This document shows, one piece after another, positions 1 through 9,747 of a stretch of DNA of 64,000 nucleotides; within the stretch, counting starts at the first letter, position 1; the number at the start of each line of letters is the position of its first letter. The stretch comes from Nitrospinales bacterium (GTDB taxonomy: Bacteria; Nitrospinota; Nitrospinia; Nitrospinales; JAJDAT01): assembly GCA_038154245.1 (NCBI GenBank), contig JAYOZP010000005.1:7307-71306 (forward strand), written 5' to 3'. Both the position numbers and the translations under genes were made by a program. The notes below the pieces were generated by a model. That model had not been told where the DNA came from. It did not search any database and saw nothing but the letters and a program-made list of their open reading frames with translations.

Positions 1-119
1 CTTCGACAGGTGGATAGCAACAATTCTTTTTCAGCCAACTCCTGTTGGAGGTCGGTTAATTCTCTATTCTTTTGGCGGAGTTCTTCCTCTTCAGGGGTTA
101 GAACGCAGGTAGGTAACAT
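1..119 (-). CDS. hypothetical coiled-coil protein, 5' end only (runs off the window start)
   Basis: ATG at 119-117 on the minus strand with GAGG 5 nt upstream. Open to position 1 (MLPTCVLTPEEEELRQKNRELTDLQQELAEKELLLSTCR...). Below the ORF-track length cutoff. Confidence 0.3.
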   Translation of the reverse strand, partial: MLPTCVLTPEEEELRQKNRELTDLQQELAEKELLLSTCR

Positions 120-508
120 AAAAGCCTCGAAAAAAGATAAAATACTCGGCATCCCGAAATTATTTCACGGGAATCTCGCTATTTAACAATCGCTATTTGA
201 CGTTTTTGGGGATTAAGTGTATCAATATATTATGCTTTTTAATGAAGATTGGAGCAAGAATTATATTTTTCAGGAGGAATCTATTGGGAAGTTTTGAACA
301 AAAACAGTTAACTCCTTCCCTTAGTTTTATTTTTTCATAGAAACTTTTCCTAAAAAACCTATAAAGGCAATTAAATTAAATACTTATTAACAAACCACAC
401 ACCAATTAGTCAAGTAAAATTAATACTTAATTTTAACTAATTTTAATATATTTAAACACATAATTACTAGTTTTTTTACAAAAAAATCATTTCAACCACA
501 AATCGCTA

Positions 509-1366
509 TTGAATACTGAAAATCAAAACTCAATGCATAGGCCTTTTTTCCCAGAAAATAGCCAATTTATTACTTTGGACGAGCGGAAAAACCGATGGGC
601 TATTCCCTATAATTACGATTGCCTCAATGGACGAACTCAAAATTTATTGACTAGAAACACAGACGCTATAACAGGAAAACGAGTATTGGATTTGGGCTGT
701 CATATGGGGACTTTTTCTTATGTCGCTTGGAAGATGGGCGCCCAGTTTACATGCGGAATTGATTCTGAAGAAAACACCATTGAGCGAGGGAAAAAGATAT
801 TTTTAGACTTTGAAGTTCCAGAATCGTCTTGTAGTTTAAAAACGGGAGACGTTTTTGAATATTTAGAATCTCTTCAGCCAAATGAGTTTGATACTGTTTT
901 TTGCTTTGGACTTTTGTACTACGTTTCTGAACCTTATAATTTATTAAAGTTGGCCTGCAGAGCGGCAAAAGAAACTGTCTTATTAGATACCTTCACAGCG
1001 GCATACGCGGCGGTCCAAGGCAAAGAAGCGCCCTTGTTCCAAAAAATGTTGGAATCGGACTACTCTATGGAAATGCCAATACTTTTAGTCGCACTGACTC
1101 AACCTAATAAAAAAACATACCAACTGCCACAAGCTCACGACACTGGTAAAAAAAAATTAAGTTTAACTTGCTTTCCAACATTGGCTCTTCTAGAAAGATG
1201 GTTTTTATCATTAGAAGTAAATTTTGAAAAAATTTCTTGGAAAAACTTCATTCATAAAGATTGTCAATGGCAAGACTTAATAAAACCAGAGGCTAAAAAG
1301 CTCTCCCATTGGGCAGACTTATACGCATGCGGAATCCGCGAAGCTTACCGCCTTAATAAAACATAA
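509..1366 (+). CDS. class I SAM-dependent methyltransferase
   Basis: 285-aa ORF (TTG at 509, alternative ATG at 533). Motif I-like VLDLGCHMGTFS followed by GIDSEE, and FDTVFCFGLLYY. Confidence 0.7.
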   Translation: MNTENQNSMHRPFFPENSQFITLDERKNRWAIPYNYDCLNGRTQNLLTRNTDAITGKRVLDLGCHMGTFSYVAWKMGAQFTCGIDSEENTIERGKKIFLDFEVPESSCSLKTGDVFEYLESLQPNEFDTVFCFGLLYYVSEPYNLLKLACRAAKETVLLDTFTAAYAAVQGKEAPLFQKMLESDYSMEMPILLVALTQPNKKTYQLPQAHDTGKKKLSLTCFPTLALLERWFLSLEVNFEKISWKNFIHKDCQWQDLIKPEAKKLSHWADLYACGIREAYRLNKT

Positions 1367-1425
1367 CAAGTCAATAAATCATTAACCCAGAATAAAAACT
1401 TTTAACCTTAACCTTTCGGTCATCA

Positions 1426-1641
1426 ATGGATACTCAAGATCAAGTAGAAAAATTAATTGTCGCTTTAATGGTGCTGTTACAAGAAAAAGGCGGAGAATAT
1501 AAAATTGACTCAAACACCTATTGGGATATGTACAACTCTCGAATGAGTAAAGGTATCCAGGTTCAGGAACTAGAAAACGATGGGGTTTTGTTGAAAATGG
1601 GGGATATGAACGTAAGCCCCGACGACGCTTTAAACAACTAA
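1426..1641 (+). CDS. small hypothetical protein
   Basis: 71-aa ORF in an otherwise empty spacer; no recognisable motif. Confidence 0.35.
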   Translation: MDTQDQVEKLIVALMVLLQEKGGEYKIDSNTYWDMYNSRMSKGIQVQELENDGVLLKMGDMNVSPDDALNN

Positions 1642-1668
1642 ATAAAAACTTTAATTGGAAAAACGCTT

Positions 1669-1718
1669 CAAAAAAACTTGCTAATGGTCAAGTTCCTTAA
1701 TTGCTTAACCATTAGCAA
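1669..1718 (-). terminator. putative intrinsic terminator downstream of the MCP gene
   Basis: 11-bp stem TTGCTAATGGT (1678-1688) / ACCATTAGCAA (1708-1718) with a 19-nt loop. On the minus strand it is followed by a T-run (plus-strand AAAAAAA at 1670-1676). Confidence 0.4.
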
Positions 1719-1744
1719 AGTTTGATCTATGAGAACATCTAAAT

Positions 1745-4204
1745 TTATTTATTCCCATTTCCTAATTTGTAAGAACTAACAATATTTTTAAGATCCGCAA
1801 CCATCTGGGCTAAAGCACCTGAAGCGTCGCTGGTCTGAGAAGCCCCAACCGAGGTATCTTCTGCCGCTTGAGCAACCCCCGAAATATTTTCGTTGATTTC
1901 AACGGTTCTGCTAGACGCCTCATGAATATTGCGTTCAATTTCAGAGGTCGTTGCCGTTTGCTCCTCAACGGCGCTGGCGATTGTTCCTGAAATATCGTCA
2001 ATCCGTTTAATGACTTCGGTAATTTCATCGATTGCGCTGACCGCTTGATCCGTGTCTTGTTGAATCGATTCAATTCTTTGTGCGATATCTTCGGTCGCTT
2101 TGCTGGTTTCTTTCGCTAGATCTTTAACTTCATTAGCAACTACGGCAAAACCTTTCCCAGCTTCTCCCGCTCGAGCCGCTTCAATAGTAGCGTTAAGCGC
2201 GAGTAAATTCGTTTGTTCGGCAATAGAATTAATTACCTTGATCACTTGCCCAATCTCGCCGCTGCTATCGCCTAATTTCTGAACTATCTTATTGGTGGAT
2301 TCAACAATATCAACAGCTCTTTGAGACACTTGAGCTGCGTCGCTTGCAGCTTTGGAAATCTCTCTGATACTAGCGCTCATTTCTTGAGCTCCAGCCGAAA
2401 CTGTCTCAACACTGGCAGATACTTGCCCAGAGGCCTGAGAAACAATCGTCGACTGTTTAGAAGTTTCATGAGCATTTGAGGCCAATTGTTGGCTTATGGA
2501 GCTCATATGTTGAGAAGAATTATCTAATTGCTCAGTATTTTCAGCAATCTTGGTGATTCCATTTCTCAATTTATTAATAAACGCGGCCAATCCTTCTCCC
2601 ATCTTGCCAATCGCGTCGTCGCCAGATACACCTACCTCGCAAGTCAAATCTCCATGAGCCGCAGCATCGACGGACACTAACATTTTATCAACTTTTTCCT
2701 GTAACTCTTTAGCGCCTTTTCTTTCTCGCTCTTGCATTTCTATCTTTTCAGTCACGACCGACCAAGCCGCCATTGGTCCCAAATAATTTCCTTCTTTATC
2801 TCTCACGGCGCTAACTAATAAATCAATGGTTTCATTTCCCACTTTAATAAGAGATTGAATCGGAAGATTACTTGGATTATCTAAAAGCTGACGTTGTTTT
2901 TTAGGATCTTTATGAAAAACATCTATATTTTCGCCAACTAAATTTTCGGCGCTAACCGGGATAAACTCCTGAAGGGTTTTAAGCGTTTTACGTGTCGCCG
3001 GATTCGTATATTGAATCTGTAAATTTTTATCAGCCAACATAACATTTATAGGCAAATTTTCTACAACAGCCGTAATCTTGTCGGACTCCTTCCAAGCTCG
3101 AGTTAGCTTACGCAAAACAAGCGTAGTGATTCCCCAAGCGACAAAAATGGACAAACCAGTGCCAAATATTAAAGCTGCCCAAAGTGCATTGCTAAAATGC
3201 TCGCTATCAGACTTTGCAATTTCCATATCTTTATTCAATAAATTTCTTTGGCTATTTAACATAGAATCCAAGCCTTGCTTGATACGGAAAGCTGTTGGGG
3301 CCGCTTTGGTTCCTAACCATAAATTAGCTAAATTCCAACTTTCCCCACCTCGAATTTCTAACATCTTTGGAGGCAACGGAGCAAATGCTTTTCTGGCTAC
3401 TTTCAATCTTTCAAAAGCAGCCTGTTGTTCTGGAGTCAATAAATCTGTTTTTGTGGCTAACAAAGAATAACGGACATTATTTTTATCCCACATTGCTTTA
3501 AACTTCTTTTCAAACTTCTCATTACCAGAAAGTAAAAATGCTCGAATATTTGCCAACGCCAGCCCCATACTTCCTCGGATGTCCGCCATAATACCTAAAA
3601 GCTCTTTTCGTTCCGGGGTCGCCTCTAACTTTGCCTCAATGTCAATCATTTCAGTAATGGCTGAGATGATAATAGCCGCTTGTGGAGCCGCGTCTTTAAA
3701 CAATATTTTAGTGGCCGGAGTATTTTCGACAGTTTGCGCAATATCTTCAATTTCTTTCTGAAACTGCTTAAACTTTTCTAAATCAAGTTTGATTTGATTT
3801 AAAACTTTCACATTATTAGGGTCTGTCCAATTTTGGGATAATCGCGACATTTCTTTAAACGCGGGTTCGATTTCCAATCCCCAAGATTTATCGCGCTCAT
3901 CTTTGAATTTATCTTTTCCTAATATCATCCAACCTCTTAATGCCGCAAGTGAATGATTTATTCCATTAAGCATATTGAGGGTGTTTTGCGCCGTTGGCAT
4001 TCTAAGTTCTACCAAACGATCAAAAGAAGCTTTTCCCTTTTGACTTTCAACAATTGAAAAAGAAATCGTCCCAATCAAGATTAAAACTACTATCGTAAAC
4101 CCAATGCTAATTTGAGTCCTTACTTTTAAATGATCAAACCATATAAACATAACCATTTCTCCTTTGGATTTTGTCTTAAAAGTAGAAAATCCTATATTTT
4201 TCAA
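1745..4204 (-). CDS. methyl-accepting chemotaxis protein (periplasmic helical sensor, PAS-like segment, MCP signalling domain)
   Basis: 819 aa. N-terminal TM, large periplasmic region and a second TM. PAS-like [22 protein letters not shown]. Conserved MCP hairpin [30 protein letters not shown]. Confidence 0.9.
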   Translation of the reverse strand: MKNIGFSTFKTKSKGEMVMFIWFDHLKVRTQISIGFTIVVLILIGTISFSIVESQKGKASFDRLVELRMPTAQNTLNMLNGINHSLAALRGWMILGKDKFKDERDKSWGLEIEPAFKEMSRLSQNWTDPNNVKVLNQIKLDLEKFKQFQKEIEDIAQTVENTPATKILFKDAAPQAAIIISAITEMIDIEAKLEATPERKELLGIMADIRGSMGLALANIRAFLLSGNEKFEKKFKAMWDKNNVRYSLLATKTDLLTPEQQAAFERLKVARKAFAPLPPKMLEIRGGESWNLANLWLGTKAAPTAFRIKQGLDSMLNSQRNLLNKDMEIAKSDSEHFSNALWAALIFGTGLSIFVAWGITTLVLRKLTRAWKESDKITAVVENLPINVMLADKNLQIQYTNPATRKTLKTLQEFIPVSAENLVGENIDVFHKDPKKQRQLLDNPSNLPIQSLIKVGNETIDLLVSAVRDKEGNYLGPMAAWSVVTEKIEMQERERKGAKELQEKVDKMLVSVDAAAHGDLTCEVGVSGDDAIGKMGEGLAAFINKLRNGITKIAENTEQLDNSSQHMSSISQQLASNAHETSKQSTIVSQASGQVSASVETVSAGAQEMSASIREISKAASDAAQVSQRAVDIVESTNKIVQKLGDSSGEIGQVIKVINSIAEQTNLLALNATIEAARAGEAGKGFAVVANEVKDLAKETSKATEDIAQRIESIQQDTDQAVSAIDEITEVIKRIDDISGTIASAVEEQTATTSEIERNIHEASSRTVEINENISGVAQAAEDTSVGASQTSDASGALAQMVADLKNIVSSYKLGNGNK

Positions 4205-4940
4205 CTTATATTATCGAACAGTTAAGATCCAACTCCATATAAACCTACATTTTCTTGAACTATCTTAATTAAAAAGCAAGTTTTCTGCTATTCAAATTTC
4301 TGTACGAAATATCGATATTTTAAACTAGCTAGCCAATCAAATCAATATAAATTTGGAATTCCAAAATAAAAAAATCATATAAATACTTATAAAAAAAGGT
4401 CTTAATAAATCAAAAAAAAGTTACAATCATGTAACATAAAAACTTATCGGCATCATGAAAACCTGAAAAGTTTAAAAACACAAAAAATTAAATGATAATG
4501 AAAATCAAAAAATCCAGAAGTCGTAATTTATAAAACAAGCATAAAAATAAATTATCGACAACTAACAATAAAAAAATATCCCCAAACACATAATAGTAAC
4601 AATCCAAATATTAGAATCCAATTTTTTCGATGTTAGACTTCAGAAAAACTTCGATCTCATCTAAATGCTTTAAAGTAAAGCGATATTGGTGTTTTATTCA
4701 ATCTTTAAATTATCGATCATGGAATTTAAACCTAGAAAAATATTTCATATATCTGAAATATTAATTTCCGAATTTCTAATTAATTTAAAATAATATAGGA
4801 ATTTCTAATAGTTATTTACTATCTCTTTAATAGTAATTAAAAATACAAAACCATTATTAAGCAACAAAGGATGGAGAATTGGCAGGAGAAGATTATATTT
4901 CGGCTATAAAACCATTAGTTAATGGGTAGGAGCTGTAACG

Positions 4941-5711
4941 TTAATTATTTGACCAATTTAATAAGTAGTCTTTTATTCTAAAGATGTATCTTGAAATTTG
5001 TTTATCTTCTTTGGTTAATTTTTGATCAATCCTACTTACTAACCAAATGTTTTCAATTTGCCTATAGTAATAAAGAGTCTTTTCTATATGAGACTGACCT
5101 CCAAAATTGAAACGCGCAACGCTTTCAGAAACTAACCAATGTCCATTTTTTTCAATATACTTGAATGCGCCTGCGACTTTTGTAGGAGCTTCTATCCTAT
5201 CAATTAAAATCCTAGAAACATTGCGCAACTTGTCGTTTATAAAGAGAGAATACCTCGACATTCCATCTTGAAAGTCGATAATATCGAAATCAATTCGAGT
5301 TCCGAATTTACTGCGAGCGATTCTGCTCGGGTATCGAGAAAATTTTTGGATCAAGGTTTGAGGAAGAAGAGATTCTTTATAATTTGAGAAAAATCGCAAT
5401 AAACCATTTTGTTCTTCTTTAGAGATTTTTAAAGATTCGCCAATCACCCTAAAAGCTCTTTTATCAGAAACGCTATTCCATGAAAACTTTACCTGGGGAT
5501 TTTTCTTAAAAGCTGCGGAACCATGGGCCCCTTTCTCCCAAACGACAGTTGCAACAAGACCCGTTAACCCGTTCTTTTGTGGATAATAGTAAGAAGAATC
5601 GAGTTTTTTAAGAAGCTGATTAGATTTTTTTTGTGCAAAAACAGAGGCAGGAATACAACAACAAATCGAGAGTATCCCCAAGAAAAGAAAAAAGCATTTT
5701 GATCTTTTCAT
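4941..5711 (-). CDS. secreted hypothetical protein
   Basis: 256 aa with an N-terminal signal peptide (MKRSKCFFLFLGILSICCCIPASVFA). Lies 14 nt downstream of the TlpA-like gene, so probably the last gene of that operon. Confidence 0.55.
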   Translation of the reverse strand: MKRSKCFFLFLGILSICCCIPASVFAQKKSNQLLKKLDSSYYYPQKNGLTGLVATVVWEKGAHGSAAFKKNPQVKFSWNSVSDKRAFRVIGESLKISKEEQNGLLRFFSNYKESLLPQTLIQKFSRYPSRIARSKFGTRIDFDIIDFQDGMSRYSLFINDKLRNVSRILIDRIEAPTKVAGAFKYIEKNGHWLVSESVARFNFGGQSHIEKTLYYYRQIENIWLVSRIDQKLTKEDKQISRYIFRIKDYLLNWSNN

Positions 5712-5725
5712 GGGGAGAAGTTTAC

Positions 5726-6310
5726 TTAATCAATAACAGGGTTCAAAGCCTTACTTAACCTGACATTTTTAAATATATTCAAGAGAGCTTTTCTCGAAGC
5801 AATATGATCCCAAGCTCTTGCTCCAGAAATAAATCCTCTCAAATCTCCAGCAGAATCGATTAGATAACTGGTTGGCAATCCTCTAATAAAATAGTCTCGA
5901 CGAGCTTTTTGTTGAGGATCCAGTAAAATTGGAAAGTCGATTCCATAGGTTTTAACAAACTCTTCTATTCGATCGCGATTTCGCCTATCAACAGAAACCG
6001 CGATAATCTCTAATCCATCGCTTCTAAGTTGAGAATACAAACGTTGCATGGCGGGAAACTCTCTTTTACAAGCTTCGCACCACGTTGCCCAAAAATTTAA
6101 TAAAACAGGCTTTCCTTTAAAATCGCTTAGCTTTACCGTTTGTCCGTCTAGAGTCTGTAATGCAAAATCAGGAGCTTGTTTTACCGTTCGCGGTTCGACG
6201 ATTCCTAAGTTCGCAGAAAATTCTGATTGCGCCCAAATTACACTGGGGATTAAAACCGTATAAATCGCGATAAAAATGACAAATAATCTCGATAACCACG
6301 AGGTTTTCAT
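5726..6310 (-). CDS. TlpA/ResA-family periplasmic thiol:disulfide oxidoreductase
   Basis: Signal anchor plus a thioredoxin fold with the WATWCEAC CxxC site. 4-nt overlap with the upstream cytochrome c gene. Confidence 0.85.
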   Translation of the reverse strand: MKTSWLSRLFVIFIAIYTVLIPSVIWAQSEFSANLGIVEPRTVKQAPDFALQTLDGQTVKLSDFKGKPVLLNFWATWCEACKREFPAMQRLYSQLRSDGLEIIAVSVDRRNRDRIEEFVKTYGIDFPILLDPQQKARRDYFIRGLPTSYLIDSAGDLRGFISGARAWDHIASRKALLNIFKNVRLSKALNPVID

Positions 6311-6624
6311 GACGTTGCTCCTTTGGCAAAACGATGTAAATAGGTCCTTATGGTCCTAATTTCTTCGGCTGTATATGACACGCCTTTTTTTTCCATGTTC
6401 CCTTTCATTAGCTCCAAATAATGATCCCATTCAACTCTAGAATGCCTGGAAGGGTGAGGGAGACCATGGCACATCGAGCATTTTTTTGAGAAAAGACGGG
6501 CTCCTTGCGATTCTGGATCAGGAACCTGCATTCCCGCGCAGGAAAAAGAGACCAAGGCAACCACAAGGCCGCCCACTTGGAGGAGTGTTTTTTGTGATCT
6601 CTGTTTTTCCGTAAAAGTTGTCAT
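6307..6624 (-). CDS. membrane-anchored monoheme c-type cytochrome
   Basis: 105 aa. Hydrophobic N-terminus and a single CxxCH (CSMCH). Starts 1 nt after the upstream OMP stop. Confidence 0.7.
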   Translation of the reverse strand: MTTFTEKQRSQKTLLQVGGLVVALVSFSCAGMQVPDPESQGARLFSKKCSMCHGLPHPSRHSRVEWDHYLELMKGNMEKKGVSYTAEEIRTIRTYLHRFAKGATS

Positions 6625-6625
6625 A

Positions 6626-7786
6626 CTAGAATCCCAACTCTTTTGGAGCTTTGGTGCCTACATAACGACGGCTCTTTTTTGTTGGAATTTCAATATAGTA
6701 GTTAAACATGATTCTCCAATCTTCTGATAATTGAGGCCCATGAAGGTTTTGAACTATCGGGGTTGAAACAAGCAGTTCAACAATTTGCAAATCAAATGGT
6801 TGATATTGAAAACCGCCTGTGATGTTTAACTTAGTACCGCCATAAAAATCTGGGTTAAATAAAGGACTTGTAAAAGGAGCGGCTGGATTAAAACCTACAT
6901 GACCTGCCCCTTCAAATCTTTGCGCATCCGGCTCGTTGCTATATTGACCTTCATGATGAAAGTTGAACTGAAGTTCTACTAACGCTTTTGGGTGAAATTG
7001 GTACATGGCGTATGCGTCGACTTTTGCTTCTTGCCCTTGGTGATAACCTTGCTCGTTATCCATCCATCTTCCGGTATAAATTGCGTTAAGACCAAACCAA
7101 TATGGATCTCTTGCAGTCTGATAGGTTAGTCCCAAAATAGGATCGTAAGTACCGCTCCCTTGCTGCATTCGGAAAGGCTGAAGAGTATCGTTAATTCCAG
7201 GAATTGGATTATTTCTAAAACGCGAATCAACTTCGCCAGTCGGAAAGGACAGCCCAACAATAGCCGATAACTGATTAGTTGGCGCTAAGTCGTCGTCTGC
7301 AAACAATCTATATTTACCCATTACCTTAACGTCGGTCATTCCGTCGGACTTCATTGTAAAACCGTCGCTACCTGTAGCCGCATTAACTGTGGCATTAAAC
7401 TCCATATCCATTTCGCTATATCTATAACCGGTCATTGCCATGAGAGCAAAATTGTCGGTAAACGAATAGGCAACGCTGGCCATAGTCATCCACATACGCA
7501 TTTCAGAGGGAGCCACAACAAATTTTCCGTCTTGCGTTGGATTTCCCAGCAATGAGGTGGCGCTAACGTCGGTTGTACCGCTTCTAAACGGTCCCATTCT
7601 CATATAATTTTGACCCACTTTTACTCGAAATTCATGAGTCTCTGGCACGCCGCCGCCAGGAATATTCATTGGCATATTACCGCCACAGTGAGCGCAACAT
7701 AATCCAACATAAGCTTCAACTGGAGACTGGACAAACCACACAGCCAAATTTAAAACTAAAAAGAAAATTGATAAAACACGTTTCAT
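6626..7786 (-). CDS. outer-membrane beta-barrel protein with a Cys/His/Met-rich mature N-terminus
   Basis: The ORF runs to 7822, but ATG at 7786 follows a GGAGGAG Shine-Dalgarno and gives a clean signal peptide (MKRVLSIFFLVLNLAVWFVQSPVEA). Alternating beta-strand pattern, aromatic-rich, C-terminal F. The mature end begins YVGLCCAHCGGNMPMNIPGG. Confidence 0.6.
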   Translation of the reverse strand: MKRVLSIFFLVLNLAVWFVQSPVEAYVGLCCAHCGGNMPMNIPGGGVPETHEFRVKVGQNYMRMGPFRSGTTDVSATSLLGNPTQDGKFVVAPSEMRMWMTMASVAYSFTDNFALMAMTGYRYSEMDMEFNATVNAATGSDGFTMKSDGMTDVKVMGKYRLFADDDLAPTNQLSAIVGLSFPTGEVDSRFRNNPIPGINDTLQPFRMQQGSGTYDPILGLTYQTARDPYWFGLNAIYTGRWMDNEQGYHQGQEAKVDAYAMYQFHPKALVELQFNFHHEGQYSNEPDAQRFEGAGHVGFNPAAPFTSPLFNPDFYGGTKLNITGGFQYQPFDLQIVELLVSTPIVQNLHGPQLSEDWRIMFNYYIEIPTKKSRRYVGTKAPKELGF

Positions 7787-7936
7787 TTTTAAACACTCCT
7801 CCACACCTTGAATCACAAACAAACCATCAGGGTTCGATAACGTAAAACCTTTTAAATCCCAAATTTATTTGAAATATAAATAGGTAAATTGACCTCAAAA
7901 TTAGAAGTCGATTTTAAAATTTTTTAGGAATAAAAC

Positions 7937-8350
7937 TTAAGAAAGGCGCGGAGGGGGGATCGGCGGCGTCCCTAAAATGGAACGATACAGCCGAGGGCCT
8001 GAGGGGAAGCTTTGGAAAACTTCATTAGGTATCGGTAATATATGATTTTCAAAAAATACTTGGGAAAAGTTTTTCTGAAAACTCGTTTGATGGGCCCCTT
8101 TGGAAAAAGGAAAATTGCCACAATGCGATTGCAAAGAAGGGATCTGCTTAGAACCTTTTTTTAACAAACAATGCAGTAAATGATGACTCTTGTTCAGCAA
8201 ACAATGGGCTTTTTTCTTATCCAAATCGCCATCAAATGGCGAAATATTGGATTTGTGATGATGGCGCTCATGATCCCCATTAGCAAATGCAGAGCCTGCT
8301 AAAGAAAAACTTATAAAAATCGAAATAAAAATTAAAATTTTGATTTTCAT
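7937..8350 (-). CDS. small secreted His/Cys-rich protein
   Basis: Signal peptide, then NGDHERHHHKSN and a duplicated HCLL motif (AHCLLNKSHHLLHCLL). The C-terminal half is low-complexity, so the extent is uncertain. Confidence 0.45.
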   Translation of the reverse strand: MKIKILIFISIFISFSLAGSAFANGDHERHHHKSNISPFDGDLDKKKAHCLLNKSHHLLHCLLKKGSKQIPSLQSHCGNFPFSKGAHQTSFQKNFSQVFFENHILPIPNEVFQSFPSGPRLYRSILGTPPIPPPRLS

Positions 8351-8453
8351 TTAATCTCTTTTTAAAAAAGCTAGTCCTTGGAGATCTAAAGGCATATATC
8401 TTAAGGGTTTATATCGCAAAACCAAACAATTGTCAAAAATGCAAAATAAAAAA

Positions 8454-8867
8454 TTAAGCTGTTTTTGTCTTGGCTTTAGTTTTTGCTTTCGACTTAGCCT
8501 TCGCTTTCTTTTTACCTGTTCCTGGTCTTCTCAATTCTTTTAGGCGAGCCGCTTTACCGCGCAATTCTCTAAGATAATATAATTTAGCTCTTCTAACCTT
8601 AGCGCGTTTCACAATATCGATCTTTTCTACGCGGGGAGAATGAATTGGGAAAATACGTTCCACCCCAATACCAAAAGAAATTTTTCGAACTGTCAGGGTT
8701 TTTCGAATTCCACCGCCGTGCATCCGTATTACAACACCCTCGATAACTTGAATTCTTTCTTTTTCACCTTCCACAATTCTCATGTGAACTTTAACTGTAT
8801 CGCCAATATGAACCTCTGGAGGATTGGCTTTTAATTGTTCCGCTTCGACAGCGTCGATCAAATTCAT
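8454..8867 (-). CDS. rplS: 50S ribosomal protein L19 with a Lys/Ala-rich C-terminal tail
   Basis: Typical L19 core ([26 protein letters not shown]...). Extra tail [22 protein letters not shown]. Confidence 0.95.
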   Translation of the reverse strand: MNLIDAVEAEQLKANPPEVHIGDTVKVHMRIVEGEKERIQVIEGVVIRMHGGGIRKTLTVRKISFGIGVERIFPIHSPRVEKIDIVKRAKVRRAKLYYLRELRGKAARLKELRRPGTGKKKAKAKSKAKTKAKTKTA

Positions 8868-9046
8868 TGACTACAACTCCTTTTTCTATATTTTTTGAAA
8901 ATATCTTTATCGAAACTTTAATGAAAGTAAACTTGATTAGAGTTTCGGAAATACCTATTTAAAAGAGCGAATCTAAAATATCTTCCAACCATAGCCCTTA
9001 TTTTAAGAGCAAGTGATTCGCAATTTTGTATTTTTAAAACAACTCT

Positions 9047-9604
9047 TTATTTTTCAGACAAAAGGCGATCTAGAATAATAGCAATTGCAGCGCGAACTGG
9101 CAAATGATTATATTCTCCTTTTCCCTTAATTGGTTCCAAAATAAAATCGGCTTTTTCTGATAATCCTTTCACTAATCCCCAACCAGTCCCAAATATAAGT
9201 AAAATATTCCCGGGATCGGCTATTTCTTTACCAATTTCTTCAAAACTAACGCTTTTACTGTTCTGTTTTGCTCCTGTCGCTACCGTTTTGGGTTTTTCGC
9301 CGCACTCTTCTTCAAGGGTATCGATGGCGTCTTCTAAAGAGCGTTTAACAACGGTTTTTAATAACGCTTGTTTACGAGTTGGGTTATATTCGGCGCCATA
9401 ACCTGTTTGCCAATGGCTAATCATCCTGTTAACTAAGGCTTGCTGGGCTTTTAAAGGAGTAATGACAAAAAAATTAGAGACGTTATAAGTTTTACAAATA
9501 CGGGAAATATCGTGAATATCCAAAGTGGTTATTGAAGAAACCACTTCCTCTCCTTTTTTGTTATATACCGGGTAATGAACCAAAGCTAAATGAACGTCAG
9601 CCAC
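9047..9604 (-). CDS. SPOUT-type putative RNA methyltransferase (Methyltrn_RNA_4 / TM1570-like)
   Basis: LALVHYPVYNKKGE...TTLDIHDISR...LLIFGTGWGL...YNHLPVRAAIAIILDRL matches my recollection of this family. It sits between trmD and rplS. Confidence 0.7.
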   Translation of the reverse strand: MADVHLALVHYPVYNKKGEEVVSSITTLDIHDISRICKTYNVSNFFVITPLKAQQALVNRMISHWQTGYGAEYNPTRKQALLKTVVKRSLEDAIDTLEEECGEKPKTVATGAKQNSKSVSFEEIGKEIADPGNILLIFGTGWGLVKGLSEKADFILEPIKGKGEYNHLPVRAAIAIILDRLLSEK

Positions 9605-9747
9605 AATTTTTAACCTAAAAAACCCATCTCAAATCAATTATCTTTAAAAAAAGGTAACTATTTACCTCCCTAAATAATTATTTTTGACCCCATTAAAGGA
9701 TTTTAAAAAACCTCTAAAAGCTAAAACCTCTTTGGTAAAAGATCGTT

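Noticed and set aside
176-199. The direct repeat TCGCTATTT twice (176-184 and 190-198), plus ATCGCTATT at 502-510, as regulator binding sites.
   Set aside because: 9-mers in ~75% AT DNA are weak evidence. No partner regulator or symmetry is evident.
4444-4474. A sigma-28 promoter for the MCP gene (perfect GCCGATAA on the minus strand).
   Set aside because: The best -35 candidate, TAAACTTT, is 19 nt rather than 15 nt from TAAA to the -10 element. I kept it only as a note inside the AT-rich spacer finding.
7690-7712. The CCAHCGG sequence in the outer-membrane protein read as a heme-binding site.
   Set aside because: It is CxxC followed by G, not CxxCH, so it is not a c-type heme attachment motif. 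I interpret it as a possible metal-ligand cluster instead.
7825-7850. A tRNA-like GGTTCGA T-loop motif (also TCGAATCCC near 13941).
   Set aside because: No flanking complementary T-stem, acceptor stem or anticodon arm can be drawn. I see no tRNA, rRNA or tmRNA genes in the window.
8351-8453. A possible short, degenerate copy of the inverted-repeat family downstream of rplS (TTAATCTCTTTTTAAAAAAGC...CTTAAGGG).
   Set aside because: Only the TTAA/CTCT/AAAAA fragments match. The region is too short and AT-rich to separate from chance without a profile search.
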